Shown here: one piece after another, positions 63,096 through 64,000 of the stretch | How the letters are laid out: the number at the start of each line of letters is the position of its first letter | Numbering within the stretch: position 1 is the stretch's first letter | Source of the DNA: a virus | Taxonomy: Duplodnaviria; Caudoviricetes | Reading direction: 5' to 3' (one strand) | Virus record (IMG/VR): IMGVR_UViG_3300029288_000082 | Coordinates: 32,001 to 96,000 of that record | DNA length: 64,000 bases | Translations under genes and position numbers: made by a program | The notes under the pieces: model-generated | What the model was told of the DNA's origin: nothing | Databases searched by the model: none | Seen by the model: only the letters and a program-made list of their open reading frames with translations

Positions 63096-64000
63096 TCATG
63101 CGACGTACACCTTGGTCGACAGCTCCTTGCCCATCGTAGGCGGTGGCTGCGCCCCGGGGGCCACCGGGCTCCCCGGCGTTGGCGTCCCGATGAGGTGGCC
63201 CGCTGCGCCATGGGTGATGGCCCAGATCATGAGCTTAGTCCCCAGCACAGCGGGCTCGCTCGCCCCCTTGCCCAACATGACCGTGCCCGCGTTAGCCGCG
63301 AACTGCTGCGAGCAGTCGGCGACCACGTTGTCCCCCGTGATCGTGATGTTCTTGCCGTCGATGCCGATGGCCCCGCCGCTCTTCGTGGCCAGCGTGATCT
63401 TGTCGTCGCCCAGCATCAGCAGCGACGTGACCTCCTGCTGGTCGTTGGCGGTCATGATGCTGGTCTCCGCCTTCGTAGCGCTCATGAAGATCGTGCTACC
63501 GTTCTGGTTTTCGATCTGCACCGCGCCGTCCTTGTCCATCGCCAGGAAGACCGGGCTGGGCGCCCCCGCCCCGTCGCCCTTGCACAGCATGATGTGGAGA
63601 TCCTCGGGGTCGTCCGACATGCGCAGGAAGTGACCCGCGCGCGTGCGGATGCCCTTCCGCAACGCACCCTCCGCATCAAAGGTGTCGCTGGCTTTCTCCG
63701 CGATGAGGTAGCCCCCCATGTAGACGGGAAATTCCGGGTCGCCGTGCTGGAACTGCATCCATACCGCCGCGCCGACATCCGGCGGGTGGAACAGTCCGCT
63801 CACCTGCTTGGTTTCCGGGTCCACCGCCAGCCCCGGCATGCATGGCCAGGCCCACCACCCCTTCCCCACCTGATCGGGGCGCCGCACGCCAACGGCGGGG
63901 CACAGCGCTTGAATGCGGCCCCGGTTGTCCGGGTCGGCGTTGTTCACCACCGTGCCGGGGTAGATGCCGTAGTAGCGCTTGGCGAACCCCTCGATTCCAA
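63096..64000 (-). CDS. Baseplate spike, gp5/VgrG/GpV OB-fold (5' end outside window)
   Basis: DPDNRGRIQALCP...WAWPC...PPDVGAAVWMQFQHGDPEFPVYMG. Confidence 0.85.
   Translation of the reverse strand, partial: GIEGFAKRYYGIYPGTVVNNADPDNRGRIQALCPAVGVRRPDQVGKGWWAWPCMPGLAVDPETKQVSGLFHPPDVGAAVWMQFQHGDPEFPVYMGGYLIAEKASDTFDAEGALRKGIRTRAGHFLRMSDDPEDLHIMLCKGDGAGAPSPVFLAMDKDGAVQIENQNGSTIFMSATKAETSIMTANDQQEVTSLLMLGDDKITLATKSGGAIGIDGKNITITGDNVVADCSQQFAANAGTVMLGKGASEPAVLGTKLMIWAITHGAAGHLIGTPTPGSPVAPGAQPPPTMGKELSTKVYVA

Noticed and set aside
1-64000. CRISPR array
   Set aside because: No regularly spaced direct repeats with unique spacers seen; the 16-bp palindromes are kilobases apart
48035-64000. Bacterial eCIS/T6SS locus rather than phage tail
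   Set aside because: Contiguous with phage replication and accessory genes and sharing the same palindrome motif

Overview
64 kb internal segment of a large, high-GC, contractile-tailed (myovirus-type) phage genome. Almost all real genes are on the minus strand; the long plus-strand ORFs are mostly GC shadow frames. Left to right: (1) a replication block (MerR-type HTH, SF2 helicase, probable SSB, DnaB, DnaC/IstB-like loader, initiator-like protein); (2) about 20 kb of small accessory genes (KhpA-like KH protein, DUF932, TSCPD-like, MutY-like glycosylase, SWIM proteins, Cys-rich lipoprotein, GroES, KTSC, HD hydrolase, metallophosphoesterase, amber-interrupted Dam-type methylase, radical SAM, MazG-like, tRNA-Pro(UGG), second initiator-like protein); (3) an IS200/IS605 TnpB-only element; (4) an apparent operon joining an L7/L12 C-terminal-domain protein, PncB-NadE-PncA (deamidating NAD+ salvage) and a vWA-PP2C-kinase (TerY-P-like) triad; (5) a cluster of unrelated small proteins sharing an N-terminal MRxL(I/L/V)xxLxEA leader; (6) tail fibre and baseplate genes, with a GT2-TPR glycosyltransferase and an RHH+TnpB cassette inserted among them. 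Two non-coding signals recur throughout: sigma70-type promoters with an extended GTTGACAAAC(G/C) -35, and 11 copies of a 16-bp palindrome GCG(A/C)ACACGTGT(T/G)CGC at gene boundaries. The host is probably Myxococcota/Deltaproteobacteria-like (inferred from GC content and the DTDAD-repeat lipoprotein). All family assignments come from motif recognition by eye, not database searches.
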